Assembly (NCBI GenBank): GCA_964016885.1
Contig: OZ024742.1
Coordinates: forward strand, 176,080,001 to 176,144,000
Source: Eledone cirrhosa
Lineage: Eukaryota
DNA length: 64,000 bases
Reading direction: 5' to 3'
The translations under genes and the position numbers were made by a program. Shown piece by piece: positions 36,547 through 50,168 of the stretch. Positions within the stretch are counted from its first letter, which is position 1; every line of letters begins with the position of its first letter. The notes under the pieces were generated by a model. It made no database searches and had not been told where the DNA came from. It was given only the letters and a program-made list of their open reading frames with translations.

Positions 36547-39500
36547 CCCTCTTCCTGTTATTTCAAGTTTTAACTTAATATATTCCTTCCATTGTACCGA
36601 TTGTGTTGTTATTTCTGTTTACATTTTACCTTTTATATATATATATATATATACATATATATATAGGTGCATTTTGTTATATACTGTGCTTTACTCTAGG
36701 CTATGTACTAATTTATCCACTCATGGTTGTCTGGACATTTTTACAGGAAAAACTTTAGTAGGGTCTTGTATAAAACATAGAGAAACCCTGAACCAAGCAA
36801 TTTTGAATATAATTCTATGTTAGGTTAACATTTGCAAAGTTCTTGGAAAATAATTAAAATAAAACAACCAAAAAATAGCATCTAAGTGTATTTTTTACAA
36901 ATTAATTCTGCCATTTAAGCAATTTGTTCATAAAGCCTTTAATTTCTTTCTTTTATTAAAAAAAGAATTGACAACTTTGGACATGATTCAGACATTTGTC
37001 CTGGGAGTATTCCATTAATTTGTTGATTGACTCAAACATATCACTTTAGGAAAAAAATAGAAAAAATGTCTTTTGTTTCACCATTTACCAATTGGTCAAC
37101 AATTAGTTTGTTGTATGTTTGTTTTTTATATCTGGTCCATTCAATGATGATGTGAACTGTAAAAAGTTGATTAATGGCTCCATTAGCGTAATTACTATAG
37201 TGAGTCTCTTGCTCTTGGATAGCCACCATACTTCCGTTTGTAGCAGCATCAACAAAGTCTTAACATCGTCATCATTTGAGGCAGTGCCTTAGTAAAATCT
37301 CTGGCAAAGGACTGAAACTACTAAAAAGAAGAAAAGATTATAAAAAATTACAAAATTGCTTAAACATTCTGTCATCAAAATATTTTGCTTTGATAAAAAT
37401 TAATTGCTGAGACTGTAATAGAAACAGCCTGCATTCATGTTGCCCCTTAAGTACATTGCTTCCAGATGCTGACTATGAATAATGCAGTGTGCATGTAAAA
37501 TACAGGGCAGAGTTTCTTTCATTTATGTTAAAAATCCTTTTTGGGTTTTTAACCAATCATTACTCCAATGCTATCTGAACTAAATGCAAACAATTTTCTG
37601 TAAGATGTGCTTATTCTCTTGGTACTATTTTGTTTTATTGAATATGTCCACTAGTCATCATTATCATCACCATCAACATCGTATGCCCATTTTCCATTCC
37701 TTCATGGGCTGGATAGGCTATAACAGTCTGATAACAGACAGGGCAGTAACATCTTGCTAATATGTTCCATATTTTGACGTGGCTGCTAAGCCTAGATGTC
37801 CTTCTTAATGGCAACTACATTACACAATGTACTGGGTGCATCATATCCTGGCATCAACAGTAGGGAAGTTATGAGATTTTCGAAAAGACAAATTGGTTCT
37901 TTCTAACCTGTTTTCTTTGTTCAATTATCAACCACTTCATAGGGAGGTGGATAAGGAGTACATTCCATCATGACACCAATACCAGAAATGTTGTCTCATT
38001 TACTGCAATCTAAAAGATACATCTTCACTTCATATAGTCTCATACTTCTCTCATGACGCTATGTCATCTCCTTCAACGAGTTTTGTAATTATTCTTAACA
38101 TCTTCGTCCTTTGTCTTCCTAACTCTCCCTCTTCAACAGGTTCCATTTACTTCAAGTGCTTGGCTCTGCTTATGCAGCTCTTGCTCTCACATGTCCATCT
38201 CATCTCAAACATTTCTCTTGCATACTACATTAGATTCCTCTTAAATACAATATTTCTCTCAACCCACTTGTGCTCTATTGATATCCATGCTTATAACATT
38301 ATACATCCAGTGTAGCATGCAATGCATGCTTTTTCTCTGTCAAGTCGACTATCTGCAAAATATTCTCCAAATAATGAAGAGCAGGTTGGGAGGGAGAGGA
38401 TGGAATATTAAATGTACGAATGAATGGTTTTGTTTATAAAAAGAACAACAACTGAAAGCAAAGTGAATATATTATTATTATGTATGCACTGGCTTAAAAA
38501 AGGTAAACATTTATATTACTATAAGACAACAAAAATATAAAGTTCAGTACAAAAAGAACAAAAGAGAGTAATAATAACAGTTCTTATAAAAAGAGAGAGT
38601 GTGTGTGAGAGAGAGAAAATATGTGTGCGTGTGAGAGAAAGAGTGTGTGTGAGAGAGAGAAAATATGTGTGCGTGTGAGAGAGAGAGTGTGTGTGAGAGA
38701 GAGAGAGAAAATATGTGTGTGTGTGTGTGAGAGGGAGAGATAGAGAATGAGTATATAGCACATTGTGCTCTACTGTAAATATATAAAACTAGTAGACACA
38801 TAAAAACTGACAGATGTAAAGATTTCATTTTTAATCAGTTTGTCTATCAGACAGGTGTCAATATTGATGATGTTTGAAAGAAAGCTAAAATGATTTGATA
38901 AATGTTACATAAAAGAAACAACAACAACAACAGTCACAACAAATAAATAGATAAATAAATAAATAAAATTGTGTTAGAACATGTTTTTACTTTTGTGGGC
39001 TTGGTGTATGTGTTTTCCATTCATATCTTAATTGGTCTTTCAGCAGTATCCAATTATCTCTAACTTTCTGTCATTGTTCTTTTCTTGGCTTTTATTGTTC
39101 GGAGAGAGGGAGAAGAAAAAAAGTAAAAGAAAAATGTGTTACGTTTGAAGTATTGAGAGTCTAAAAGTTGTATGTCAAATATGAACATTTATATATTTAC
39201 TGAATTTGTCTAGGGAAAAATAAATAAATAAATAATTGCTAGTATGCTTGTGTGGTTAAGGTGATCGGTTTGCAACCACATGGTTTCGGGTTTGGTCCCT
39301 TTGTGTTAAAGCATTTGCTACTGTGGTACTATAGCCATGGCTTGTGAGTGATATTTTGTATATGAAAACTGTGTGGAAGCCTGTCATATATATGTATGTA
39401 TGTGAATATCATCATCATCATCATCATTCAATATCCATTTTCCCTGCTAGCAAGGGTTTTACATAATATATATATATATATATATATACACACTTTGATT

Positions 39501-39556
39501 ATCTGTACAGGCAATATTTATTAGAATGCTGTTGAAGTGTGTATACATTTTTGGGA

Positions 39557-39604
<48 letters not shown>

Positions 39605-40070
39605 AAATATATATATACATACATGCATATATACATACATATATACATACATATATACATACATATATACATACATATGTACATACATATATACACATAC
39701 ATACATATTTGTTTCTGAGGATGAATGGCTGAGTGGATGTATTTAATTGAGGCTACTACCATGAATTTACGTACGTGCTATCGATTAGTCAATATATCAA
39801 TATTTATTTTTTCTTTGAAACAATCATAAAAGAATGGATTAATTAACTACAAACCTTGTCTTATTTGTTTTCATTGTTCAAGTTTACATATATATGACTC
39901 TGTAGTTTTTGCATACTCAACATAAAATAAGATACCACTTATCCACAAAAACAAATTTAATTTTACTTCAATGAGATATTCACATCTACACTACATTGAG
40001 GTCTAATATGGTTATAAGTTTTACTTTAATTGGTTAGAATCTTAATGTATATATCTGTATGTGTATATAG

Positions 40071-40988
40071 TATATATATAAATGGCAATTTCTGTCTGTT
40101 TATGTGTGTGTTTTTTTATGGATTTGTTTGTGAACCTAAAACTCAAAGAGTACCAAACTGATCTTGATGAAACTTGACACATGTGTGGAGCTCATGCCCA
40201 TTTGATTTTTTACGTATATTTCTTTTCAATCAAAGGGTTTCCCCTGGGCTCAAACCGCTGCTGAAAATGTTTTCCCTTTGATTTATATGAAGTATAAACC
40301 GTAGGTAAATGACAAGATTTGATGCCTATTCATAAACTTTCAGCAAATTTCAATAATATAAAGACGCCCTGATGGGGGTTAAACATCCTAAAGTGAAAGT
40401 TTTGGCCAATAAATGGAACAAGATTTTATGAACTCCTCCTTTAGTTTTGGAGATAGACCCCATAACCATATATATTCTGAAACTACATTGGCCAAGGTAC
40501 TTGTATAAGTATATTTCATTTTAATTGAAGGGTTCTCCGGGGGCACAAAACCCCTGCTGAAAACCCCACTGAAACTTTTTTCCCTTCGATTTATATAAAA
40601 TTTAAACCATAGGTAAATGACAAGACATGATGCCTAATCAAAAGATTTCAGCAAATGTCAATAATATTAAGACACCCTAATGGGGGTTGAATCCCCTATT
40701 AGGGTTCCCCGGAGGTACAAAACCACGCTGAAAATGTTTTTCCCTTCGAACTATATGAAATTTAAGCCATAGGTAAATGACAAGATATAATGCCTGCCTA
40801 TTCACAAAAGTTTTGAATTGATATTCTGAAAGAAATTATTTACAAGAAACAAAATAAGAATAAGATTTAATAATGTAATTTTGATTTGATATATTACAAA
40901 AAATAATGTTTTCCAGTTTTTCATGCATTACATTTTACATATAGTAATATTACAAAAAAATGCAGCCAGGCGCGGGTAATTCGGCTAG
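40071..40988 (+). mobile_element. Non-autonomous Helitron-like element with internal ~300-bp reiterations
   Basis: 3' end GGCGCGGGTAATTCGGCTAG|T; homologous to 55710-56204; segment taggtaaatgacaaga occurs three times. Confidence 0.7.
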
Positions 40989-41050
<62 letters not shown>

Positions 41051-41930
41051 AATGTGTGTGTGTATTTAGGATATCCTTAGATGAAACACCAAGGAAACCA
41101 ATGCTCAATCTATTACAAGTAAGCTTATATAGTATAATTAAAATTTCATACACTTAGCATATATGTACAACCTTAGTTTTGGATGTCCAGTTTCCGCCAC
41201 CACTGTATAGAAAAGGAGATGTTCAAATACGGGCTTTTCATCCGGCATTAAGAAGAATTACAACAAAAAAGACAGTTAACTCACACAGTATTGCCTTATT
41301 CCATGGAGAGCTCTTTTTCAAGTAATATGGAGGCAATTCACAAAGCAATATTCAAATACTAGGGGCTAGAATCTTTGAAACGTCTGCATGCATAATATGT
41401 GCATGACTTAAGTTTTAAGTTCATCTCTGTCTATGTGTAATATGCACGTGTCTTGAGATATAAGCTAATATTTTTAAATCTTGAAAACATTAAAGGAGTT
41501 TACTACAAACAGACCATAGGATGTTTGTTCTTAAGGAGATCCTTCTCAGTAAGACGTATTTATAAATGTATATGTTACTTAGTGCATATGTTATTCTGCA
41601 AACATTTAAATCATTTCTTTGGAAATACGAAATTCCTATACATATCTGTATAAAGCTATGCTCAAAGATAAATCCTAATTCTATTCTTTTCTAACTAATT
41701 TTTAAATTACCTGCATTTGTTTAAACTCTTATGATATATTTCTAAAAGGAAATTACAATCAACCCCAGGTGGCCATCTTTTTTTTCATTTTTCTTATGAC
41801 AGGCTGAATGAGTTGGGGGCCAGGTCCCAACGATACATAAGTACCTGTTATTATTTCTAGCAATATTATTACAACAATATGACCCTCCCCAAGTATAACA
41901 ATACATATATATATATATATATATATATAT

Positions 41931-44900
41931 GATTGTAGACTTGTTCTATATGTGACGGTATTTTAACGATAGTTATAGCTCTGATTCATCTGAATTATTG
42001 AGCCCTCTGCCGCTCATATCGAATTTCGTTTTTCGTGAACTCGTGCGCCGATTTTTCGATACTCGATCTTTCTAATATATTTAGCTCTGGACATAGCTAT
42101 CCACCAGTTAATTTTATTGCTCATTTTTTGTCGATTCTATTGAGTGATGAATAGCTTTTGTTTTATTTTAACATGTCTATTGAGCACTCTAATTCGATAT
42201 GTGTATTTCCACATTCACTCGAATTGTTTTCGCGGATATAGGGGTCATCTCCCTTGTCTAATGCCATGTGCGTTTTTCACCGCTAGTTGACTCCTCTGCC
42301 GCCAGGAAAAAACTCGTTGACAACGTAAACTCCATTCCACTTATTCTAGTAGGCTTTTATATTTATATGTGAGCTGATAGAGTACAGTCTAAGGATTTAC
42401 AGAAACCCATGAAGCTAGATTTAACACCTTTCTAGTGGGTCCGGGTATGATTTTACATTCATTTAAATTATTGACGTATTGTTTTATTGATATTTTTTAT
42501 CTGTTTGGCCCGAATCTTCCTTTATCGATTTTAAATCGTATGGTTGATTGTAGACTTGTTCTATATGTGACGGTATTTTAACGATAGTTATAGCTCTGAT
42601 TCATCTGAATTATTGAGCCCTCTGCCGCTCATATCGAATTTCGTTTTTCGTGAACTCGTGCGCCGATTTTTCGATACTCGATCTTTCTAATATATTTAGC
42701 TCTGGACATAGCTATCCACCAGTTAATTTTATTGCTCATTTTTTGTCGATTCTATTGAGTGATGAATAGCTTTTGTTTTATTTTAACATGTCTATTGAGC
42801 ACTCTAATTCGATATGTGTATTTCCACATTCACTCGAATTGTTTTCGCGGATATAGGGGTCATCTCCCTTGTCTAATGCCATGTGCGTTTTTCACCGCTA
42901 GTTGACTCCTCTGCCGCCAGGAAAAAACTCGTTGACAACGTAAACTCCATTCCACTTATTCTAGTAGGCTTTTATATTTATATGTGAGCTGATAGAGTAC
43001 AGTCTAAGGATTTACAGAAACCCATGAAGCTAGATTTAACACCTTTCTAGTGGGTCCGGGTATGATTTTACATTCATTTAAATTATTGACGTATTGTTTT
43101 ATTGATATTTTTTATCTGTTTGGCCCGAATCTTCCTTTATCGATTTTAAATCGTATGGTTGATTGTAGACTTGTTCTATATGTGACGGTATTTTAACGAT
43201 AGTTATAGCTCTGATTCATCTGAATTATTGAGCCCTCTGCCGCTCATATCGAATTTCGTTTTTCGTGAACTCGTGCGCCGATTTTTCGATACTCGATCTT
43301 TCTAATATATTTAGCTCTGGACATAGCTATCCACCAGTTAATTTTATTGCTCATTTTTTGTCGATTCTATTGAGTGATGAATAGCTTTTGTTTTATTTTA
43401 ACATGTCTATTGAGCACTCTAATTCGATATGTGTATTTCCACATTCACTCGAATTGTTTTCGCGGATATAGGGGTCATCTCCCTTGTCTAATGCCATGTG
43501 CGTTTTTCACCGCTAGTTGACTCCTCTGCCGCCAGGAAAAAACTCGTTGACAACGTAAACTCCATTCCACTTATTCTAGTAGGCTTTTATATTTATATGT
43601 GAGCTGATAGAGTACAGTCTAAGGATTTACAGAAACCCATGAAGCTAGATTTAACACCTTTCTAGTGGGTCCGGGTATGATTTTACATTCATTTAAATTA
43701 TTGACGTATTGTTTTATTGATATTTTTTATCTGTTTGGCCCGAATCTTCCTTTATCGATTTTAAATCGTATGGTTGATTGTAGACTTGTTCTATATGTGA
43801 CGGTATTTTAACGATAGTTATAGCTCTGATTCATCTGAATTATTGAGCCCTCTGCCGCTCATATCGAATTTCGTTTTTCGTGAACTCGTGCGCCGATTTT
43901 TCGATACTCGATCTTTCTAATATATTTAGCTCTGGACATAGCTATCCACCAGTTAATTTTATTGCTCATTTTTTGTCGATTCTATTGAGTGATGAATAGC
44001 TTTTGTTTTATTTTAACATGTCTATTGAGCACTCTAATTCGATATGTGTATTTCCACATTCACTCGAATTGTTTTCGCGGATATAGGGGTCATCTCCCTT
44101 GTCTAATGCCATGTGCGTTTTTCACCGCTAGTTGACTCCTCTGCCGCCAGGAAAAAACTCGTTGACAACGTAAACTCCATTCCACTTATTCTAGTAGGCT
44201 TTTATATTTATATGTGAGCTGATAGAGTACAGTCTAAGGATTTACAGAAACCCATGAAGCTAGATTTAACACCTTTCTAGTGGGTCCGGGTATGATTTTA
44301 CATTCATTTAAATTATTGACGTATTGTTTTATTGATATTTTTTATCTGTTTGGCCCGAATCTTCCTTTATCGATTTTAAATCGTATGGTTGATTGTAGAC
44401 TTGTTCTATATGTGACGGTATTTTAACGATAGTTATAGCTCTGATTCATCTGAATTATTGAGCCCTCTGCCGCTCATATCGAATTTCGTTTTTCGTGAAC
44501 TCGTGCGCCGATTTTTCGATACTCGATCTTTCTAATATATTTAGCTCTGGACATAGCTATCCACCAGTTAATTTTATTGCTCATTTTTTGTCGATTCTAT
44601 TGAGTGATGAATAGCTTTTGTTTTATTTTAACATGTCTATTGAGCACTCTAATTCGATATGTGTATTTCCACATTCACTCGAATTGTTTTCGCGGATATA
44701 GGGGTCATCTCCCTTGTCTAATGCCATGTGCGTTTTTCACCGCTAGTTGACTCCTCTGCCGCCAGGAAAAAACTCGTTGACAACGTAAACTCCATTCCAC
44801 TTATTCTAGTAGGCTTTTATATTTATATGTGAGCTGATAGAGTACAGTCTAAGGATTTACAGAAACCCATGAAGCTAGATTTAACACCTTTCTAGTGGGT

Positions 44901-46373
44901 CCGGGTATGATTTTACATTCATTTAAATTATTGACGTATTGTTTTATTGATATTTTTTATCTGTTTGGCCCGAATCTTCCTTTATCGATTTTAAATCGTA
45001 TGGTTGATTGTAGACTTGTTCTATATGTGACGGTATTTTAACGATAGTTATAGCTCTGATTCATCTGAATTATTGAGCCCTCTGCCGCTCATATCGAATT
45101 TCGTTTTTCGTGAACTCGTGCGCCGATTTTTCGATACTCGATCTTTCTAATATATTTAGCTCTGGACATAGCTATCCACCAGTTAATTTTATTGCTCATT
45201 TTTTGTCGATTCTATTGAGTGATGAATAGCTTTTGTTTTATTTTAACATGTCTATTGAGCACTCTAATTCGATATGTGTATTTCCACATTCACTCGAATT
45301 GTTTTCGCGGATATAGGGGTCATCTCCCTTGTCTAATGCCATGTGCGTTTTTCACCGCTAGTTGACTCCTCTGCCGCCAGGAAAAAACTCGTTGACAACG
45401 TAAACTCCATTCCACTTATTCTAGTAGGCTTTTATATTTATATGTGAGCTGATAGAGTACAGTCTAAGGATTTACAGAAACCCATGAAGCTAGATTTAAC
45501 ACCTTTCTAGTGGGTCCGGGTATGATTTTACATTCATTTAAATTATTGACGTATTGTTTTATTGATATTTTTTATCTGTTTGGCCCGAATCTTCCTTTAT
45601 CGATTTTAAATCGTATGGTTGATTGTAGACTTGTTCTATATGTGACGGTATTTTAACGATAGTTATAGCTCTGATTCATCTGAATTATTGAGCCCTCTGC
45701 CGCTCATATCGAATTTCGTTTTTCGTGAACTCGTGCGCCGATTTTTCGATACTCGATCTTTCTAATATATTTAGCTCTGGACATAGCTATCCACCAGTTA
45801 ATTTTATTGCTCATTTTTTGTCGATTCGATTGAGTGATGAATAGCTTTTGTTTTATTTTAACATGTCTATTGAGCACTCTAATTCGATATGTGTATTTCC
45901 ACATTCACTCGAATTGTTTTCGCGGATATAGGGGTCATCTCCCTTGTCTAATGCCATGTGCGTTTTTCACCGCTAGTTGACTCCTCTGCCGCCAGGAAAA
46001 AACTCGTTGACAACGTAAACTCCATTCCACTTATTCTAGTAGGCTTTTATATTTATATGTGAGCTGATAGAGTACAGTCTAAGGATTTACAGAAACCCAT
46101 GAAGCTAGATTTAACACCTTTCTAGTGGGTCCGGGTATGATTTTACATTCATTTAAATTATTGACGTATTGTTTTATTGATATTTTTTATCTGTTTGGCC
46201 CGAATCTTCCTTTATCGATTTTAAATCGTATGGTTGATTGTAGACTTGTTCTATATGTGACGGTATTTTAACGATAGTTATAGCTCTGATTCATCTGAAT
46301 TATTGAGCCCTCTGCCGCTCATATCGAATTTCGTTTTTCGTGAACTCGTGCGCCGATTTTTCGATACTCGATC

Positions 46374-46385
<12 letters not shown>
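41931..46385. repeat. Tandem array of a 615-bp non-coding unit, 7.24 copies, inserted in (TA)n
   Basis: Unit starts at 41931, 42546, 43161, 43776, 44391, 45006, 45621, 46236; only one substitution seen by eye (45828 T>G). Confidence 0.97.
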
Positions 46386-46418
<33 letters not shown>

Positions 46419-47059
46419 TATCCATCCAGAGCACTGATAATAATTCCTAATTGTTGCTAGATCGGCAACTGCTCTGTTTAATCAGGTTTTAAACATCACT
46501 GGAATTCTATAAGAATCCAGCTTCTATAAATCTTGGCAGAAGCTAAGGGATATGCAATCTTGATAACCGCTAACAAGCGAGAAATGGCTGTCGCTTGATT
46601 CCCTTTGTTTTTGCCAAGACTAAGTGACATAGTCATTACTTTAAAACTCATAACGAATGGTCTTCAAAATGTTTTAAAATAAACATACAGTATATTATCA
46701 AATATACTCTACATACATTCATACATACATCACTATTCCAGAAAACTGATACTAATTCCTAATACATATATATATATATATATAAATGAATGCATATACT
46801 GCATATTAAAAGTGTTTCGCAGCAATCATTACACAATGAACTTTAATATGAAATTATCTGTTTGATGTGTGGCCGAGCTATATCCTATTATTTTAAAGTA
46901 TGTTAATGTATTAATTGCTATCAGTGATTTGCGTGATGTCTATGGAAAAGGATAAAAGAATATATTAATTTAGTTAATTTGATATTCTAATATTCCTCAC
47001 TTAAAGCACGTCAATATAGAAGGAGTGAATAAAAGAAATATGACAATATATAAAGAGTA

Positions 47060-47945
47060 ATTGTCTTGCTCGCATAGGACTGTCTGGCGGGTTTTCTACA
47101 GCTGGATGCCCTTCCTAACACCAACCACATTTACAGTGTGGGGCTGGGAGGTTTTTACCGTGTTGCCTACACGGCCACATTACAGCGTGGACTGTCTGGC
47201 AGGTTTTCTACAGCTGGATGCCCTTCCTAACACCAACCACATTTACAGTGTGGGGCTGGGAGTTTTTTACCGTGTTGCCTACACGGCCACATTACAGCGT
47301 GGACTGTGTGTTTTTTGTCGTGAGACCTACACGATCTCATTTGTTTCGGCCTGGATGTTGTGGCACCAACATAACTTTACATTGAAAGGGGCGGTGTGGA
47401 TGGGGTGGGGGTGGTGGGACGGGGGTGTGTTTTGTTAGAGATGCCTACTGACTGTAGTAGGTTTACCTTGTATTTTAGGTAAGGCGGGTCTTCTCTATTA
47501 CTGAGTACCGCCAAAAGTCTCGGTCCAGTGACATTGTCTTGGAGAGGTGTAAGCGTGTAATTGTTTCTACTTTAGGCACAAGGCCAGAAATTACCCAGTT
47601 CATTACTGGTACTTTATTTTATCGACCCCATTAGGATGAAAGGCAAAGTCAACAATCTTGTAGTGTATTATGGTATATTGGAAGGGTTATGCAACATATC
47701 TGTTAACTGTTTTGTCACTAACCCACTCAAAACCACCTCTGGTCCTATCAACCAAAATATATTAATAATTGTTTCTACTTTTGGCACAAGGCCAGCAATT
47801 ATCCAGTGCATTACTGGTACTTTATTTTATCGACCCCGTAAGGATGAAAGGCAAAGTCAACCTCGGCGGGATTTGAACTCAGATCGTAAAGGGACGTAAC
47901 TATGCTGGAAAGCATGGCGTCCGACTCTCTTCCGATACTGCCAAA
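47060..47945 (-). mobile_element. Cluster: RTE-type 3' UTR fragment with ~110-bp internal duplication, plus two SINE copies
   Basis: 47077-47188 repeated at 47189-47305; SINE reverse complements at 47560-47653 and 47767-47945. Confidence 0.7.
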
Positions 47946-48313
47946 AGACAATATAGGTAAACATAGTTAGTGTTAAGTAAATAGTGCATCATGAAATATC
48001 TTGTTATTGATTATTGTTATCAATGTGTAAACTACTAATTAATAATTTGAAAAGTAGAATTATATTGAAGACAATATTATCCACCTATTGAATCTAAAGT
48101 GTCAGACAGGGTGCATGGTGGTTCGAATGAAAAGGCCATTGCTTTCTGGCACCAATTAAATCTCGAAGGATTTGACTTAGATTTTAGCATGAATCAACCT
48201 CGACTCAAATCTTATGAGAGAAAAGTGTTTCCATAGTACTAACAGTTATTTCGCTTTTGTACTTGAGTTGAAAGATTCTTGTTGTGAAATAACTTGTTGA
48301 ATCTTATAGTGTA

Positions 48314-49352
48314 CTAGCAGTAAAGCCCGGCGTTGCTCGGGGTCGCTCAGTAGCTGTGTTAAAGTTAAAATGTTAAGTTTCTTTTTTGGCTTAAAAACTG
48401 TAGTGTCTACTGTGCAGACTTGCATGTGGTGTTTTTGATTAATATTCCCTCAACCAACAATATGCCTTATGAAGTTAAGAAAACATAACGATAACCCGAA
48501 TGTTATAACAAAAGAGGATGCTGGGGATAGAAACTGCACTGGTTATTTATTAACAAAGATCGAAAATGTAAACACTGCAACGCAGAGAAAAACATTAGCG
48601 TAACTAGATTACCAGTTATGTCTGTCTGCACGCCTATATCACCTCTCTGCACGACTGTCTGTCTGCACGCGTATATCACCTCTCTGCACGACTGTCTGTC
48701 TGCACGCCTAACGAAATTTACAGATACATATATTTTAAATAAACTTATATAATTTTTGCTTTTTTTTTACGAAATATTTGCTTGTTTTACGTAGTCTTTA
48801 AATAGACTTGTTTTCAAATAAAAATATTGTTTTAAAATGCTTTTAAATGGAAATGAAGCAAAACGGAAGCTTAGTGTTCGAACTGATGAATTTTGCATAT
48901 TTGCTTGTTTTACGTAGTCTTTAAATAGACTTGTTTTCAAGTAAAAATATTGTTTTAAAATGCTTTTAAATGGAAATGAAGCAAAACGGAAGCTTAGTGT
49001 TCGAACTGATGAATTTTGCAGGTCAATATTTTGCTGGCTCGACAACAACTGTTCGTGTATTGTGTTAATGTCATTTTAAACGCTGAGAAAGCCAGCGTAA
49101 TTTTTTACGTAAGACGCTCAATGTAAACAGAACAAAGAGAAATAACTGATAACTTACGCTCAAAAATCGATACATTATATTCGATTTCGTCACATAGGGT
49201 GGGTCAATTTGAAATATTTTTTTTCCGATGTCTTCGCTAGGGCTCAATGTACAAGTATAGCAATTACGGTGCAATTCCGTGAGAGATTCTAAGAGGAGAT
49301 GTGTGCCAAAAATCGATAGACAGACAGACAACCACAGTTTTATATATATAGA
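48314..49352 (-). mobile_element. Non-autonomous Helitron
   Basis: Minus strand A|TC...CTAG|T, (GTCT)n near the 5' end, GC-rich subterminal ccgagcaacgccggg; internal 123-bp tandem duplication at 48774-49020. Confidence 0.85.
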
Positions 49353-49976
49353 TTATGGTATATTGGAAGGGTTATGCAACACATCTGTTAACTCTTTTGT
49401 CACTAGCCCACTCAAAACCACCTCTGGTCCTATCAACCAAAACCACCCATTTGAAATATTCTTGTGGCAGAGAAATTTGGAAAACACATACATTGTATTC
49501 AACATGTGATAATATACAAGAAACATATATTATGCCCTAAGGCAGAGAACCTGAGCCCACTAATGTAATATAACTCTGTTCCTTGTGTTTGAATATATTG
49601 ATCTATTCAGTTGGAAATTACATAACTCCCTGTAGGTTACAGGATGTTTAAGCAGAAGGAAGAGAGACCTTCCTACCCACCTGAGAGGATGTATTTATTT
49701 GATCTTTTAAAAATCATAGATTCCAATTACTGATTTATTTAAAGTTAATAAAAATTCCTTTTATCTTAACTTACAATAGCAAAAAATAAAATTTAATAAT
49801 CTAATTTAAGAACTTATAAATTATAATTTAAAATCAGGAAAATGTTCTCTTATTTCAAAGCCTAGCCAATTTCTTGCAGGCTCATATATGTTACCACCTA
49901 TGGTAAAATTAGCCTAGTTTTGTCATCATCTGCTTTTAATGGTAGCTCCATAATTGGAATTAATTATGAACTATTA

Positions 49977-50168
49977 TAATTGTTTCTACTTTTGGCACAA
50001 GGCCAGCAATTATCCCAGTGTATTACTGATACTTTATTTTATCGACCCCGTAAGGATGAAAGGCAAAGTTAACCTCAGTGGGATTTGAACTCAGAATGGC
50101 AAGGGCCGTAACTCTATGCGTCAAAGCATAGCATCCGACCCTCTACTGATACTGCCAATCTGCTGCCC
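49977..50168 (-). mobile_element. tRNA-derived SINE (19143 family)
   Basis: Reverse complement match across head, B box and tail. Confidence 0.8.

Noticed and set aside
37190-37300. Minus-strand LLQTEVWWLSK resembling the hAT transposase HTEVRWLS motif
   Set aside because: Too short and interrupted to support without a search; no TIRs found.
45704-45904. 66-aa ORF unique to array copy 7
   Set aside because: Created by the single T>G change at 45828 removing a stop; no protein-like features.
41931-46385. 615-bp array as a CRISPR array or a 5S/snRNA/tRNA gene cluster
   Set aside because: No repeat-spacer alternation, the context is eukaryotic, and I recognise no 5S, U1, U2, U6 or tRNA sequence on either strand.
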